Shown in pieces: positions 40,497 to 49,678 of a stretch of DNA of 64,000 nucleotides; the first letter of the stretch is position 1, and each line of letters starts with the position of its first letter. The notes under the pieces were generated by a model. The model made no database searches. It worked only from the letters and a program-made list of their open reading frames with translations, and was not told where the DNA came from. The stretch comes from Planctomycetota bacterium (GTDB lineage Bacteria > Planctomycetota > UBA1135 > UBA2386): positions 1 to 64,000 of the forward strand of contig CANMWZ010000017.1 of assembly GCA_947501605.1 (NCBI GenBank). The letters run 5' to 3'. The translations under genes were made by a program, and so were the position numbers.

Positions 40497-43143
40497 TCAA
40501 CCCGACCTCCATCGCCTCCGCGACCTCTTTGACCGCGCCGCGGAACTCGATGCCAACGCGCGCGAGCAGTTGTTCGCCAGCATCGGCGACGAGGTCCTCA
40601 TCGAGCGTTGCCGCGCGCTGCTGAAACAGGACGCCGCTGCGACAGTCCCGGCTCTGCAACATTCGCTCGGCTCGATGCCGCCGCCGCGCATCGGCAACTA
40701 CGAACTCCTGCGCTCTCTGGGCCGAGGGGGCATGGGCGAAGTGATGCTCGCGCGCCAGGTCGAACCTGTCGAGCGATTGGTTGCGCTCAAGTTCCTGCGG
40801 AGTCAGTCCGAATCGCCAATCGCCGCGGAGTGGTTTGAGCAAGAACGCCAAACACTCGCGTTGATGAACCACCCCTGCATCGCGCAGATCTACGACGGTG
40901 GCCGCACGGAGGACGGCACGCTCTACCTGGTGATGGAGTACGTTCGCGGTGAACCGATCACGACCTACTGTGATCGCCGTCGCCTCGACGTTCATGCTCG
41001 CCTCTCGCTGTTCGCCGATGTCTGCGCCGCGGTGCAGCACGCGCATCAGAAGGCCGTGATCCACCGCGATCTCAAGCCTGACAACGTGCTCGTCGCCGAA
41101 CTCGATGGCGCAGGACTGCCGAAGATCATCGACTTCGGTATCGCACGAGCACTGTCGCGCGCACCAAGCCGATCCTTGCGTCCCGTGGAGGATGTGAGCG
41201 TGATCGGCACCCCTCTCTACATGAGCGCGGAACAGCTCGAGCCCGGCAACCTCGGCGTCGACACTCGCACCGACATCTACTCGCTCGGGGTCATACTCTA
41301 CGAACTGCTGACCGGCTCGCTGCCGACGACCGGCGAAGGAGCTCCGAGCGTCGTACCCCCACCGAGCGCGGCAGTCCAAGGCCTCGACGATGTCGCGCGC
41401 ACGGCACGCGCCGCCTCCTGCAGCACCAAGGCCCACGAACTGCAACGGCTGCTCACCGGCGACCTCGATGCAGTCGTCCTGCGCTCGATGGCCAAGGACC
41501 GCAACGATCGCTACGAGTCAGCTGCCGAGCTACGCGCAGACCTCGTGCACTTCCGCAAACACGAGCCGGTGACAGCGCTACCGCCGAGCCCTGGCTACCT
41601 GGTTCGCAGGTTCATTCGCCGCCATCGAACGCTGGTCGCAGCGGCGACCTTGGTGGCGATCTCGTTGCTCGCGGTCGTCGCGTCCACGACATGGGGCATG
41701 CTGGCCGCCGGCCGAGCCCGCGACACGCTGGCCTCGATGCACGAGCGTGACCTCTTGCAGCTGACGCGCGTGGGTGCGCAGATGGAGTTCACCGACCTTG
41801 TCCTGTTCCACCTCGACCCTGGCACGGGCGACAGCAGTGGCTCGTTACGCGAGGTGCTCGATCAACTCGCTCCGACGATCGCCGCGCGCTACGGCGTGCG
41901 TCCACGAGAGGAAGCCGGCGTGCGGGCGAGCGTCGGCCATGCCTATGTCGCCGCCGGCGAGCCAAGGAAGGCCATGCCGCACCTGTTGCGCGCCTTCGAA
42001 CTGATGCAGAAAGACGGCGGGCGCCAGGACACGGCCTTATTGCCCGTGTTGAACGACCTCGCTCGCGCAAGCCGCCTGGTGGGAAGTTCGCAGAAGGGCA
42101 ATGACTACCTAGCAATGGTGCTGGAGATCGGAGGTGCAGAACTTCGGCGAGCCGAACCGGGGTTGGCACGTTCGTTCGACGAGCTCGCCCGCCTCGCGCG
42201 CACGGAGGGCGGTGACGCCGAGTTCCTCCGCGCCTTCGATGCGGCGCTGACCACGATCGAGAGGCTGCCGCGAAACGACCACGTGTCTCGTCTTGTCGTG
42301 GCGCTGACCGGAGCAACTGGCCTGATGATCGCTGATGCAAACATCGGGAACGGCTCGGCGCTGCTGACTCGCATCGGTCGCTTCGTAGAGAGCACGTACG
42401 ACGACGAAGTGGATGCCGTCATCCCTGTAGTCCGACTCTCCGAACGCATGCTGCGGCTAGGCTCGCTGCAGGACGCGAAGAGGCTCGCAGCAGAAGGCCG
42501 CGCGACCCTCGACCGCCTCGCCATCGGTCGACACTGGCTGCGGTTTCAGACGGAACGCGTGCTCGGACTCGCACTGTCACTCGACGGGGAAGCGGCGGCC
42601 GGCGAAGTGCTGCTGCTGGCGCTGCGCGAACAGCTGCGCGATCTCAGTCCTGCCGCGAACGAACATGCCCGCGCCGCCGCCAATGCGCTGAAAGAACTGT
42701 GCACCCGACTGCAAGCAAGCGGCCAACTCGCCGGCTTCCTCGATGCGTCGCTGTTGCGGTGGCGCAAGGCTGCTCTTGGTACCGCATGGTGGCCCGCCGA
42801 GATCGACGATGCTCCGCCGCTGGCGCGCGATCTGGCATTGGGCGCCGTGGAGGCCATCGGCACCGAAGATCGCACGGCGCTTGATCGCATGACCCTTGGC
42901 GCACTGCTGCTGCGTCATGACCGCAGCGAGCCCGCGCTCGTCGAACTCGAAGCAGCGGCTGCGAAGCTGCCAGCTCCTCCCTGCGAGCTTCTCGCCGACC
43001 TCGCCCGAGCGCGGGTCCGACTCGGCAACCGGCTGGGCGCCGAGGCTGCGGTGCTCGCGCTCGAAGCCGTGGTCGCTGGCGGCGACGCCTCGCCTCGGGC
43101 TCGCGCATCGCTCGCCCGCGCCCGGAGCGACCTCCACCGCTGA
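40489..43143 (+). CDS. Ser/Thr protein kinase with TM and TPR-like extracytoplasmic region
   Basis: GRGGMG, VALK, HRDLKPDN, DFGIA, GTPLYMSAE; TM helix; helical repeats; 8-nt overlap with the sigma gene. Confidence 0.93.
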   Translation: MSDQPDLHRLRDLFDRAAELDANAREQLFASIGDEVLIERCRALLKQDAAATVPALQHSLGSMPPPRIGNYELLRSLGRGGMGEVMLARQVEPVERLVALKFLRSQSESPIAAEWFEQERQTLALMNHPCIAQIYDGGRTEDGTLYLVMEYVRGEPITTYCDRRRLDVHARLSLFADVCAAVQHAHQKAVIHRDLKPDNVLVAELDGAGLPKIIDFGIARALSRAPSRSLRPVEDVSVIGTPLYMSAEQLEPGNLGVDTRTDIYSLGVILYELLTGSLPTTGEGAPSVVPPPSAAVQGLDDVARTARAASCSTKAHELQRLLTGDLDAVVLRSMAKDRNDRYESAAELRADLVHFRKHEPVTALPPSPGYLVRRFIRRHRTLVAAATLVAISLLAVVASTTWGMLAAGRARDTLASMHERDLLQLTRVGAQMEFTDLVLFHLDPGTGDSSGSLREVLDQLAPTIAARYGVRPREEAGVRASVGHAYVAAGEPRKAMPHLLRAFELMQKDGGRQDTALLPVLNDLARASRLVGSSQKGNDYLAMVLEIGGAELRRAEPGLARSFDELARLARTEGGDAEFLRAFDAALTTIERLPRNDHVSRLVVALTGATGLMIADANIGNGSALLTRIGRFVESTYDDEVDAVIPVVRLSERMLRLGSLQDAKRLAAEGRATLDRLAIGRHWLRFQTERVLGLALSLDGEAAAGEVLLLALREQLRDLSPAANEHARAAANALKELCTRLQASGQLAGFLDASLLRWRKAALGTAWWPAEIDDAPPLARDLALGAVEAIGTEDRTALDRMTLGALLLRHDRSEPALVELEAAAAKLPAPPCELLADLARARVRLGNRLGAEAAVLALEAVVAGGDASPRARASLARARSDLHR

Positions 43144-43312
43144 GGAGCGCGCCGTGACGCGGCGAGCGTCACCGGCTCCAGAAATCGTCGCCATCGTGAT
43201 GGTCCAACGATGCCGATTGCGGATGTCCTGCTGGCCGCCCCGCGGCCGCCGGAGCGCCCAAGCGCTCTGGAGTTCGATCCATCCGGTTCCCCCTCCTCCA
43301 GAGGTTTCTCTC

Positions 43313-43723
43313 ATGCGCGCGATCTTCGTAGCAGCGTCTCTTGTCCTCGCCGGTGCCCTGCCCGCTCAGGGCTGTGGCAGCCTCGCCATCAGCGGCGGCG
43401 CTTCCGGTTCGCAGTTGTCGATCTCCGTTGCCGGCGCTTCGAGCGGCAGCTACGCCATCCTCGTGGTCGGTGAGCAGGCTGGCTCGACGCAGGTCCCGCT
43501 GCCCATCGGCGGCAGCCTCGTGCTCGGCATCGCCGAACCGTTTTTCCCGGTACCGATCGGCATGGCCGACATGGCAGGAGCGGTCTCTCTGCAGCTGCAG
43601 ATCCCAGCCAATCTCCCAGGCCAACTGAGCCTGCAGGCCCAAGCGGTCAGCCTTGGCTACTCGCTGATGCCCTTCGCCATCCGCGCCTGTGCCTCGAACG
43701 TGGTTCCGGTCACGATCGGCTGA
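43313..43723 (+). CDS. small secreted protein consisting only of the shared beta module
   Basis: GAGG RBS, signal peptide LPA|Q, then ~118 aa ending IPANLPGQLSLQAQAVSL...ASNVVPVTIG. Confidence 0.82.
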   Translation: MRAIFVAASLVLAGALPAQGCGSLAISGGASGSQLSISVAGASSGSYAILVVGEQAGSTQVPLPIGGSLVLGIAEPFFPVPIGMADMAGAVSLQLQIPANLPGQLSLQAQAVSLGYSLMPFAIRACASNVVPVTIG

Positions 43724-43739
43724 GGCGTTGCCTGGCACA

Positions 43740-43772
43740 CCCAGCGCAGGAGTCTCCCGCCTACGCTGGGTT
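43740..43772 (+). terminator. stem-loop after the small secreted protein, possible terminator
   Basis: CCCAGCG-C-AGG...CCT-A-CGCTGGG inverted repeat 16 nt after the stop; weak U tract. Confidence 0.4.
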
Positions 43773-43943
43773 GATCGTCTTCGCGAAGCCGCTCTCGGTC
43801 CGAGTTCGAATCCGCGGCGGAACAGCCCCCGTCCATCTAGAAGCCGCGGGTCTCATGCAGCACACCCCTCTCGCGCCGCTTGCGCAGCGCGCGGTGCCCG
43901 GACCGGGGCGGCCTCGCCCTTTGTCAGTTGACGTCGCTGCCAG

Positions 43944-44651
43944 TTAGCCTCGCCAAGCCTGCAGGAGCAGCGGATCGCCAAGTTCCAGCGGCTTGCCGGC
44001 GTGGAGCCGTGCCCGCCGCAGATACTCGGCGCGAGGGATCGCAAACGCTCCGAAGCTCGCGAGGTGAGGCGTCACGAACTGCACCTCAAAGGTCTCGATC
44101 CCGGCCGCGAACAGCGAGCGCACCATCGCAACGAGGGCAACCTTCGACATGTCGGTCCGGCGATGGAACATCGACTCGGCGCAGAACAGTCGACCGATCC
44201 GCACGCCGTAGATCCCACCGACGAGATCGTCGTCGCACCAGACTTCGAGGCTGTGGGCATGTCCCTTCTGGTGCAGCAGCTCATAGGCATCGAGCATCTC
44301 GGGGATCACCCAGGTGCCTTCCGGTCGGTTCTCGCCACAGTGCGTCATCACTCGCCGAAAACACCGATCGAAGGTCAGCATGAACTCGCCGCGCGCAATC
44401 GTGCGCTGCAGGCTGTGACTCACGTGCAGGCGGGCGAGATTGAACAGCGCCCGCGGATCTGGACTCCACCAGAGTGGCACGAGCCCCTCCCCGTACCACG
44501 GGAAGATGCCCATGCGGTAGGCGGTCAGCAGCCGCTCGGTCGAGAGCGCACCACCCATCGCGATCAGGCCTTCGCTATCAAAACGCCTCGGATCGGGAAA
44601 CGGGTCGTCATCGCCCCGAAGGAGCACCGGAAGGCGCAGGCCGCCGACCAT
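43944..44651 (-). CDS. aat: leucyl/phenylalanyl-tRNA--protein transferase
   Basis: AYRMGIFPW, WWSPDPR, GHAHSLEVW, LVGGIYG, ESMFH, SKVA. Confidence 0.96.
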   Translation of the reverse strand: MVGGLRLPVLLRGDDDPFPDPRRFDSEGLIAMGGALSTERLLTAYRMGIFPWYGEGLVPLWWSPDPRALFNLARLHVSHSLQRTIARGEFMLTFDRCFRRVMTHCGENRPEGTWVIPEMLDAYELLHQKGHAHSLEVWCDDDLVGGIYGVRIGRLFCAESMFHRRTDMSKVALVAMVRSLFAAGIETFEVQFVTPHLASFGAFAIPRAEYLRRARLHAGKPLELGDPLLLQAWRG

Positions 44652-44654
44652 CGG

Positions 44655-45692
44655 TCAACGATCCTTCAGACCGCGGAGCGTCGTGTGCTGCTCTTCGCGA
44701 TCGGCAAGCTCGAGCACGTCGATATCGCCATCGTCACGGTCCTTGAAGTAGACGCGCAGTCCAAGCGATGCGCGCAAACTCCAGGTGTCTTGGCCACCCA
44801 TCTTCTTGACCTCGAGGCCCGGATACGCGTGACCCTCGGTGCAAAACAACAGCACCGCCTGAACCGCACGCTCGATGCTCTTGCGATCTTTGCCGTCCAG
44901 AGATTTATGGAACGACGGCAGGAAGTGCGGCAACCGAAAGCGAACCGGCTCGGGCGGCGGCGGGGGTCTGGCCTTACGGCGGCGCCCCTTCGGCAGCAGG
45001 GACTCCAGATCTTTGACTTCGTCTTCCAGGTCGCGGACGCGCGTGCGCTCGTGGGCAAATTGCCGCCGCAGCGCTTCGTCCGCCGCTGCCCTGGCTTCAA
45101 GCTCTTGCAAGACCTCGTGGAGGCGGTGATCGAGTTCGCGCTCGCGTGAAGCGGCATCGGTCGCGCGTGCAGGCAACTTCGTGGGCTTCTGCGACTGGCG
45201 GGCGAGTTCTGTGCGCAGGACCTCGGCATCGAGGTCCGCGGCTCTTCGGGTCGCAGCCTCGCGCTCACCGGCGCGCAGTGCGGCCTCGCGAGCTCGCTCG
45301 AGTTCGTCGCGCAGACGCTGGAGCTCCTGATCTTTGAAGCGAATCGACGCCGCCTGATCCGCCACAGCCTGCTCCGCGGCAGCCGCATCGCTGATCGACG
45401 GGTCGCCCTGCTGTGCGCGTAGCAGTGGTTCGAGTAACAGACCGACCACTTTTTCCATCTCGCTCGGGTCGGTTCGGTCGGCGAGCAGCGGAGCCAGAAC
45501 CCGAGCTGGCGCGCTCTCGATCCGAAACCCCTTGGGCGAGAGCGCGAGGTCCTGTGCCAGGGCTCGCAGGCGGCTCACGGGTACGACGACCTCCAGCAGT
45601 ACCGCGAGGGGCAGCACACCGCGATCCTTCAATGCCCTCTCGGTGAGCTTGCGGATGCGCAGGTCTGAAGATCGATCACCCATGACAAACAT
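44655..45692 (-). CDS. coiled-coil protein with C-terminal RelE/ParE-like domain
   Basis: long heptad-rich middle, Pro-rich linker, then FHKSL...PGLEVKKMGG-x2-TWSLRASLGLRVYF...DVLEL. Confidence 0.7.
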   Translation of the reverse strand: MFVMGDRSSDLRIRKLTERALKDRGVLPLAVLLEVVVPVSRLRALAQDLALSPKGFRIESAPARVLAPLLADRTDPSEMEKVVGLLLEPLLRAQQGDPSISDAAAAEQAVADQAASIRFKDQELQRLRDELERAREAALRAGEREAATRRAADLDAEVLRTELARQSQKPTKLPARATDAASRERELDHRLHEVLQELEARAAADEALRRQFAHERTRVRDLEDEVKDLESLLPKGRRRKARPPPPPEPVRFRLPHFLPSFHKSLDGKDRKSIERAVQAVLLFCTEGHAYPGLEVKKMGGQDTWSLRASLGLRVYFKDRDDGDIDVLELADREEQHTTLRGLKDR

Positions 45693-45743
45693 CGATGATC
45701 GCGCAGACCGCTGGTTTTGCCAGAGGCGGAATCGGATGCGGCA

Positions 45744-46202
45744 CTATCCGCCCGGCGCTCGCGGATACAGCCATTCGACGGGGTAGTCCGTCCACTGCTG
45801 CTGTTGCTCGTCGAGTTCCCGCTCGATGCGTTCGCGTTCTTCCGGTGTCAGCGACTGATCAGGTTGCCACCAGCGCCAGAGCCCCCATTCGAGGATGTCG
45901 ATAGGGGCGGCGATGAGCGTGCCGACGCGCCAGAGCACGAAGGATGGGAACAGGAAGATCGACAGCGGATCGCGGGTGGCATCGTCCTGGCTGGCGTAAA
46001 CGCCCCAGGTGATAGGGACGGCCACAACGTCGATCGGGATGCCGACGACGAAGCCGATGAACCCGCCGAAGGTTGCCGGGGCACGGGTCACCGGTGTTCG
46101 ACCGGACTTGGCCGACACCAGCTCATCGGTGTAGCGCACGATCGGAGTACAGCCGCCGAGCGCGGCGGCGATCGCGAGCAATGCAGCGCCGCGTCGACTC
46201 AC
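45744..46202 (-). CDS. hypothetical lipoprotein
   Basis: GTGA overlap with the upstream gene; lipobox LGGC; hydrophobic P-I-D-V-x3-P hairpins. Confidence 0.72.
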   Translation of the reverse strand: MSRRGAALLAIAAALGGCTPIVRYTDELVSAKSGRTPVTRAPATFGGFIGFVVGIPIDVVAVPITWGVYASQDDATRDPLSIFLFPSFVLWRVGTLIAAPIDILEWGLWRWWQPDQSLTPEERERIERELDEQQQQWTDYPVEWLYPRAPGG

Positions 46203-46840
46203 CGCTTTTCCTTGCGCGGCTCCCGACGCGCGAACGCCATCTCGCGCACAATCCACTCGTCGGCGAGTTCGGCAGGAGGAGCCAGCTGCTGCGCCAGCGA
46301 CTTGGCAATGGTCGCGTTCGTGATCTTGAGTGTGTAGAGCTTCCAGATCGACGGCAACGGCTCGCTGTTGGCGCTGCGGGCGCTGGACTCACAGTTGAAG
46401 AGCACCGCGAACAGGAAGTCGCGGAAGAAGGTGAAGTCCTTGTTGGAACGCGGGAGCCAGTCGATCTTGACGACGATGTCGCGAGCGGCCTGCTTTTGCC
46501 CGGTCGTGACGTTCTCCTCACGTGGTGGGTTGATCTTGAACTGGTCCTTGGCAAGTTGACCAGCCATCGCCGAGCGGAAGATCTGCCCCTCGAAGTAGAG
46601 ATCTGTGCTTCCCGTCTGACTCGAGGTGTTGACGCGGTTCTCCTCGACTGTCTTGAGCTGCTTGTTGAGCTTCCCGATCTCCTCGAGCAGTCCGCCAATC
46701 TTGTTCGCCTCAGTCAACGCGCGGTTTGCGCTCTCGATGGCGTTGCGGGTCGACTGGATCCACCAACCGGCGCCGGGGAGCAGAAGGACGGACGCCAGGA
46801 TGACGCCCTTGTAGAGGTCGAAGTTGGCAAACAGCTTCAT
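46199..46840 (-). CDS. bitopic membrane protein, PilO/GspM-like by position and topology
   Basis: ATGA overlap with the PilM-like gene; N-terminal TM, coiled coil, alpha/beta C-terminus. Confidence 0.6.
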   Translation of the reverse strand: MKLFANFDLYKGVILASVLLLPGAGWWIQSTRNAIESANRALTEANKIGGLLEEIGKLNKQLKTVEENRVNTSSQTGSTDLYFEGQIFRSAMAGQLAKDQFKINPPREENVTTGQKQAARDIVVKIDWLPRSNKDFTFFRDFLFAVLFNCESSARSANSEPLPSIWKLYTLKITNATIAKSLAQQLAPPAELADEWIVREMAFARREPRKEKR

Positions 46841-48816
46841 TGTCCGACTCCGAACGGCGCGAACGAGTCGCGGACGTGGATCTTGAGGTCGTAGTAGGAA
46901 CCGGTAACGCCCTTCTCGTTGCCATCGCGGAATGGCAGGTCACCACCGATGCTCTCCTCGATCTTTTGGAACGGCGAGTCGTCGCGCTTGCACTCCTCTT
47001 CCACCGCCTGCTTGACAGCCGCGAATCGCTCGCGGAAGTCCTCGCCGCGGAAAGCAAACCGGCACTGCAGGTAGCGACCACTCACATCTTTGCTCGGTGA
47101 GGATCTCATGCTGAGGTCCAAGGAACACAGCAGGTAGCGGCCGAGACTCGGCTCGGCGCGACCCAGCACCTCGAAGAACCGCTCGACAACGGCGAGGCCC
47201 GACTCCAAAGAGACCTCTTCGTAGATGCCCGACTCCTTCTGCTTGAGTTCGAGAGCACGGCGCAGCTTGTCGCGCACGAGCTTGACGCGCTCGTGCACGG
47301 GTCGCTGCTGCACTTCAGCGATGAGATCCTTGTAGCCGTAGAGCTTGGATCCCTCTTGGAACTTGAAGTAGCGCTCGTCGACGAGAGTGCCGAGCGCAAG
47401 CACCGGACCGAGCTGGCCGTAGAACTTCGGCTTCTTCGGGTCTGCCGAAGCGCCCTCGTAGGTGAGCCCGAGCCGGTACTCGACGTTCTGGAGTTGGCGC
47501 GTGAGCCGGACACCAAACACCACCGCAGTGAACAGCGCGACCATGCAGGCAATGGCCAACGGAAACTTGATGCGGTCGAATCCGCGCGTGAACGCAAGAT
47601 CCTCGCGGCGGAAGTCGTAGCCAGGCGGGCCACCCAAGTTGGCAAGCGCCAAGCCCACGGCCACTGCGATCTGCGGCGCGTAGGTCTGAGCCTCCTCGGG
47701 AGTCAACGAGTGCTTGAGCTGACCGAGCACGTCGAGTTCGCGCGGTTCGACCCCGAACACTTCCTGCAGCATCGGCCGGACGCCCTCGAGTCGGCAGGCT
47801 CCGCCGGTGACCCACAGGGCCTCGATCGCATTGGCACGGCCCGAGGCGGCCAGGAAGCGAATGAACTCTCGCGAGAGGCGGGCGACGAAGGCCTGAAGCT
47901 CTGCATCCACCGCGGCGACCGACACCGTCACCTGGCGCATCGTCGCAGCAGCCGGAACCGACGCCGGCTCGCCCTCGACTGCGGCGACGGCGACCGGCTG
48001 GTCCGAGACCTCGACCTGGAAGTCGCTGCGACCTTCAAGACAGGCGCGCACGGCATCGCGCGCCTGCTGTAGCGGAATGCCGTGCAGGCGGACGAGCGAG
48101 TCGACGATGCCGCAATCCCCGAGACGCATCGTGCGCATGTCGAGCATCCGGCCACCTTCGACCAGCAATACACGCGTGCTGCGCGAGCCGAGGTCCAGCA
48201 CGGCAGTGACGACGGGCTTTGCGTTCGGGTTGACGATTGGTAGCGTCGGCACCGGCGCCGGATCCCCTTCGATGGCAACCACCGCTGCGGTAGTCGGCGC
48301 GGCGAACGCGCCGCACCAGTCAGCAACGCGGTAGAGCGCCATCGTGTCGAGGTCCACGCGCTGCGGCTCGATTCCGACGCCCTCGAGCGCGGTGAGCATG
48401 GTACGCAAACCGAGTTTCGGCACCGCCGCGACGAGCACGCGCGACCCGGTCTCGACGCCGCCGACCTCCAGGAAATCGACGACCATGTCGTCGACCGCGT
48501 GACTGTGGATCGCACTCTCGACCTCGGACTTGATGACCTTGCGGATCGCGTCAGCACCCTTGAACGGCACGTCGATCGTACGCAGCACCGCCTCGCGGCA
48601 CGGGTGCCCGAGGACTGAGTCGCCGGTCATCTTCCCGCCCTTTACACCCTCAGCGATGGCGGCTGCGGCCGCCTCGGCGCGAATGCCCTCGTCGTGCGAC
48701 AACGCCACGACTCGTTCGGTGTGGCAGTGAAGCAGGCGCAGCTTCTTGTAGCTGCCGTCCAGTTCGACCACCTTGATGGAGTAGTCACCGGCATCGATTC
48801 CAACGGACCTCACCAT
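46837..48816 (-). CDS. PilM-like actin-fold protein fused to TM and periplasmic PilN-like region (GspL-like architecture)
   Basis: VGIDAGDYSIKVVEL, VLVAAV, VLDLGSRST, VTGGA, AVAVGLAL followed by YDFRRE, TM and a periplasmic domain. Confidence 0.8.
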   Translation of the reverse strand: MVRSVGIDAGDYSIKVVELDGSYKKLRLLHCHTERVVALSHDEGIRAEAAAAAIAEGVKGGKMTGDSVLGHPCREAVLRTIDVPFKGADAIRKVIKSEVESAIHSHAVDDMVVDFLEVGGVETGSRVLVAAVPKLGLRTMLTALEGVGIEPQRVDLDTMALYRVADWCGAFAAPTTAAVVAIEGDPAPVPTLPIVNPNAKPVVTAVLDLGSRSTRVLLVEGGRMLDMRTMRLGDCGIVDSLVRLHGIPLQQARDAVRACLEGRSDFQVEVSDQPVAVAAVEGEPASVPAAATMRQVTVSVAAVDAELQAFVARLSREFIRFLAASGRANAIEALWVTGGACRLEGVRPMLQEVFGVEPRELDVLGQLKHSLTPEEAQTYAPQIAVAVGLALANLGGPPGYDFRREDLAFTRGFDRIKFPLAIACMVALFTAVVFGVRLTRQLQNVEYRLGLTYEGASADPKKPKFYGQLGPVLALGTLVDERYFKFQEGSKLYGYKDLIAEVQQRPVHERVKLVRDKLRRALELKQKESGIYEEVSLESGLAVVERFFEVLGRAEPSLGRYLLCSLDLSMRSSPSKDVSGRYLQCRFAFRGEDFRERFAAVKQAVEEECKRDDSPFQKIEESIGGDLPFRDGNEKGVTGSYYDLKIHVRDSFAPFGVGQ

Positions 48817-48819
48817 GCG

Positions 48820-49215
48820 TCACCTCGCCTGACCATTGGTCCGGCTCCATGTCTCGAAGTGTCTGCGCTGCTCGTCATTCAACAGCTCGTGGATGCGATC
48901 GCCCTGCCGACGTCGAGCTGCCGTCAGTTCGGCCTGCAGCGACTCGGGGAGCTGATCGAAGTTTGCGTGCCGGAAGACCTGCAACTGCTCCTCGCGGTAG
49001 CGCTGGAGCACAACACGCAGTGCTTGCTGCTGACGGCCACTGAGAACGAAGTCCAGGGCCATCTGCTGCACATACTGCGCGTCCGGGTCCGCGGCGTCGG
49101 GCACAGAGCGGCCGGCAGCCGCGATGTCCGGGATCGTCATGCCTAGGATCATTCCGGCAAGAGAGCATCCCACGGCGCTGAGCAGAATCCAGAGTCGCGC
49201 GGGGTTCCGTTGCAC
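48820..49215 (-). CDS. small exported helical protein (Spy/CpxP- or heavy-metal-sensor-like)
   Basis: N-terminal hydrophobic segment; L-x-LSGRQQ and ELLNDEQRRHF LTxxQ-like repeats; start estimated at GTG 49215. Confidence 0.55.
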   Translation of the reverse strand: MQRNPARLWILLSAVGCSLAGMILGMTIPDIAAAGRSVPDAADPDAQYVQQMALDFVLSGRQQQALRVVLQRYREEQLQVFRHANFDQLPESLQAELTAARRRQGDRIHELLNDEQRRHFETWSRTNGQAR

Positions 49216-49219
49216 TGCG

Positions 49220-49678
49220 TCACTTCCGCGCGGCACCGGCGGCCCGCTCGCGAACTCTGGCGTCCAGATCATCGACGATCCGCTGCGCTTCATCAGGCGC
49301 AGCCTGCAGCGAAGGATCGGCACCGCCCGTAAACACGCCGCTCTGCCACAGCATGGCGGCGGCGAAGACCGCGGCGGCAATCAGCAGGATGCGCTTGCAG
49401 AGATGCACGGCGCCCGCGGCCGCCTCGCCACCGGCGTCGACCGGCAAACGGCGAGCAGACGCCAACACCCGACCGGCAAACCCTGGGCGCGGCACAAAGC
49501 CGTCGCCAACACCCACACGGAATGGACGGCGCAAGTCGGCGCGGGCCTGCAAGCCCGCGCGCAGGGCGGGTTCGGCTGCGAGTCGGGCGTTGCAACTGGT
49601 CGCCTGGGCAGGCGAGAGCTCCCCGTCGAGGTAGCGATCGAGCAACATCAGGTCCTGGTCCGAGAGCTGAGGGGTCAT
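49220..49678 (-). CDS. putative anti-sigma factor
   Basis: LLDRYLDGELS N-terminal anti-sigma motif, single TM; ATGA overlap with the sigma gene. Confidence 0.78.
   Translation of the reverse strand: MTPQLSDQDLMLLDRYLDGELSPAQATSCNARLAAEPALRAGLQARADLRRPFRVGVGDGFVPRPGFAGRVLASARRLPVDAGGEAAAGAVHLCKRILLIAAAVFAAAMLWQSGVFTGGADPSLQAAPDEAQRIVDDLDARVRERAAGAARK

Noticed and set aside
43790..43830. tRNA-like T-loop string GAGTTCGAATCC
   Set aside because: Flanks do not form a T-stem, and I cannot build an acceptor stem, D-arm or anticodon arm; not called as a tRNA (tRNAscan-SE would settle it).
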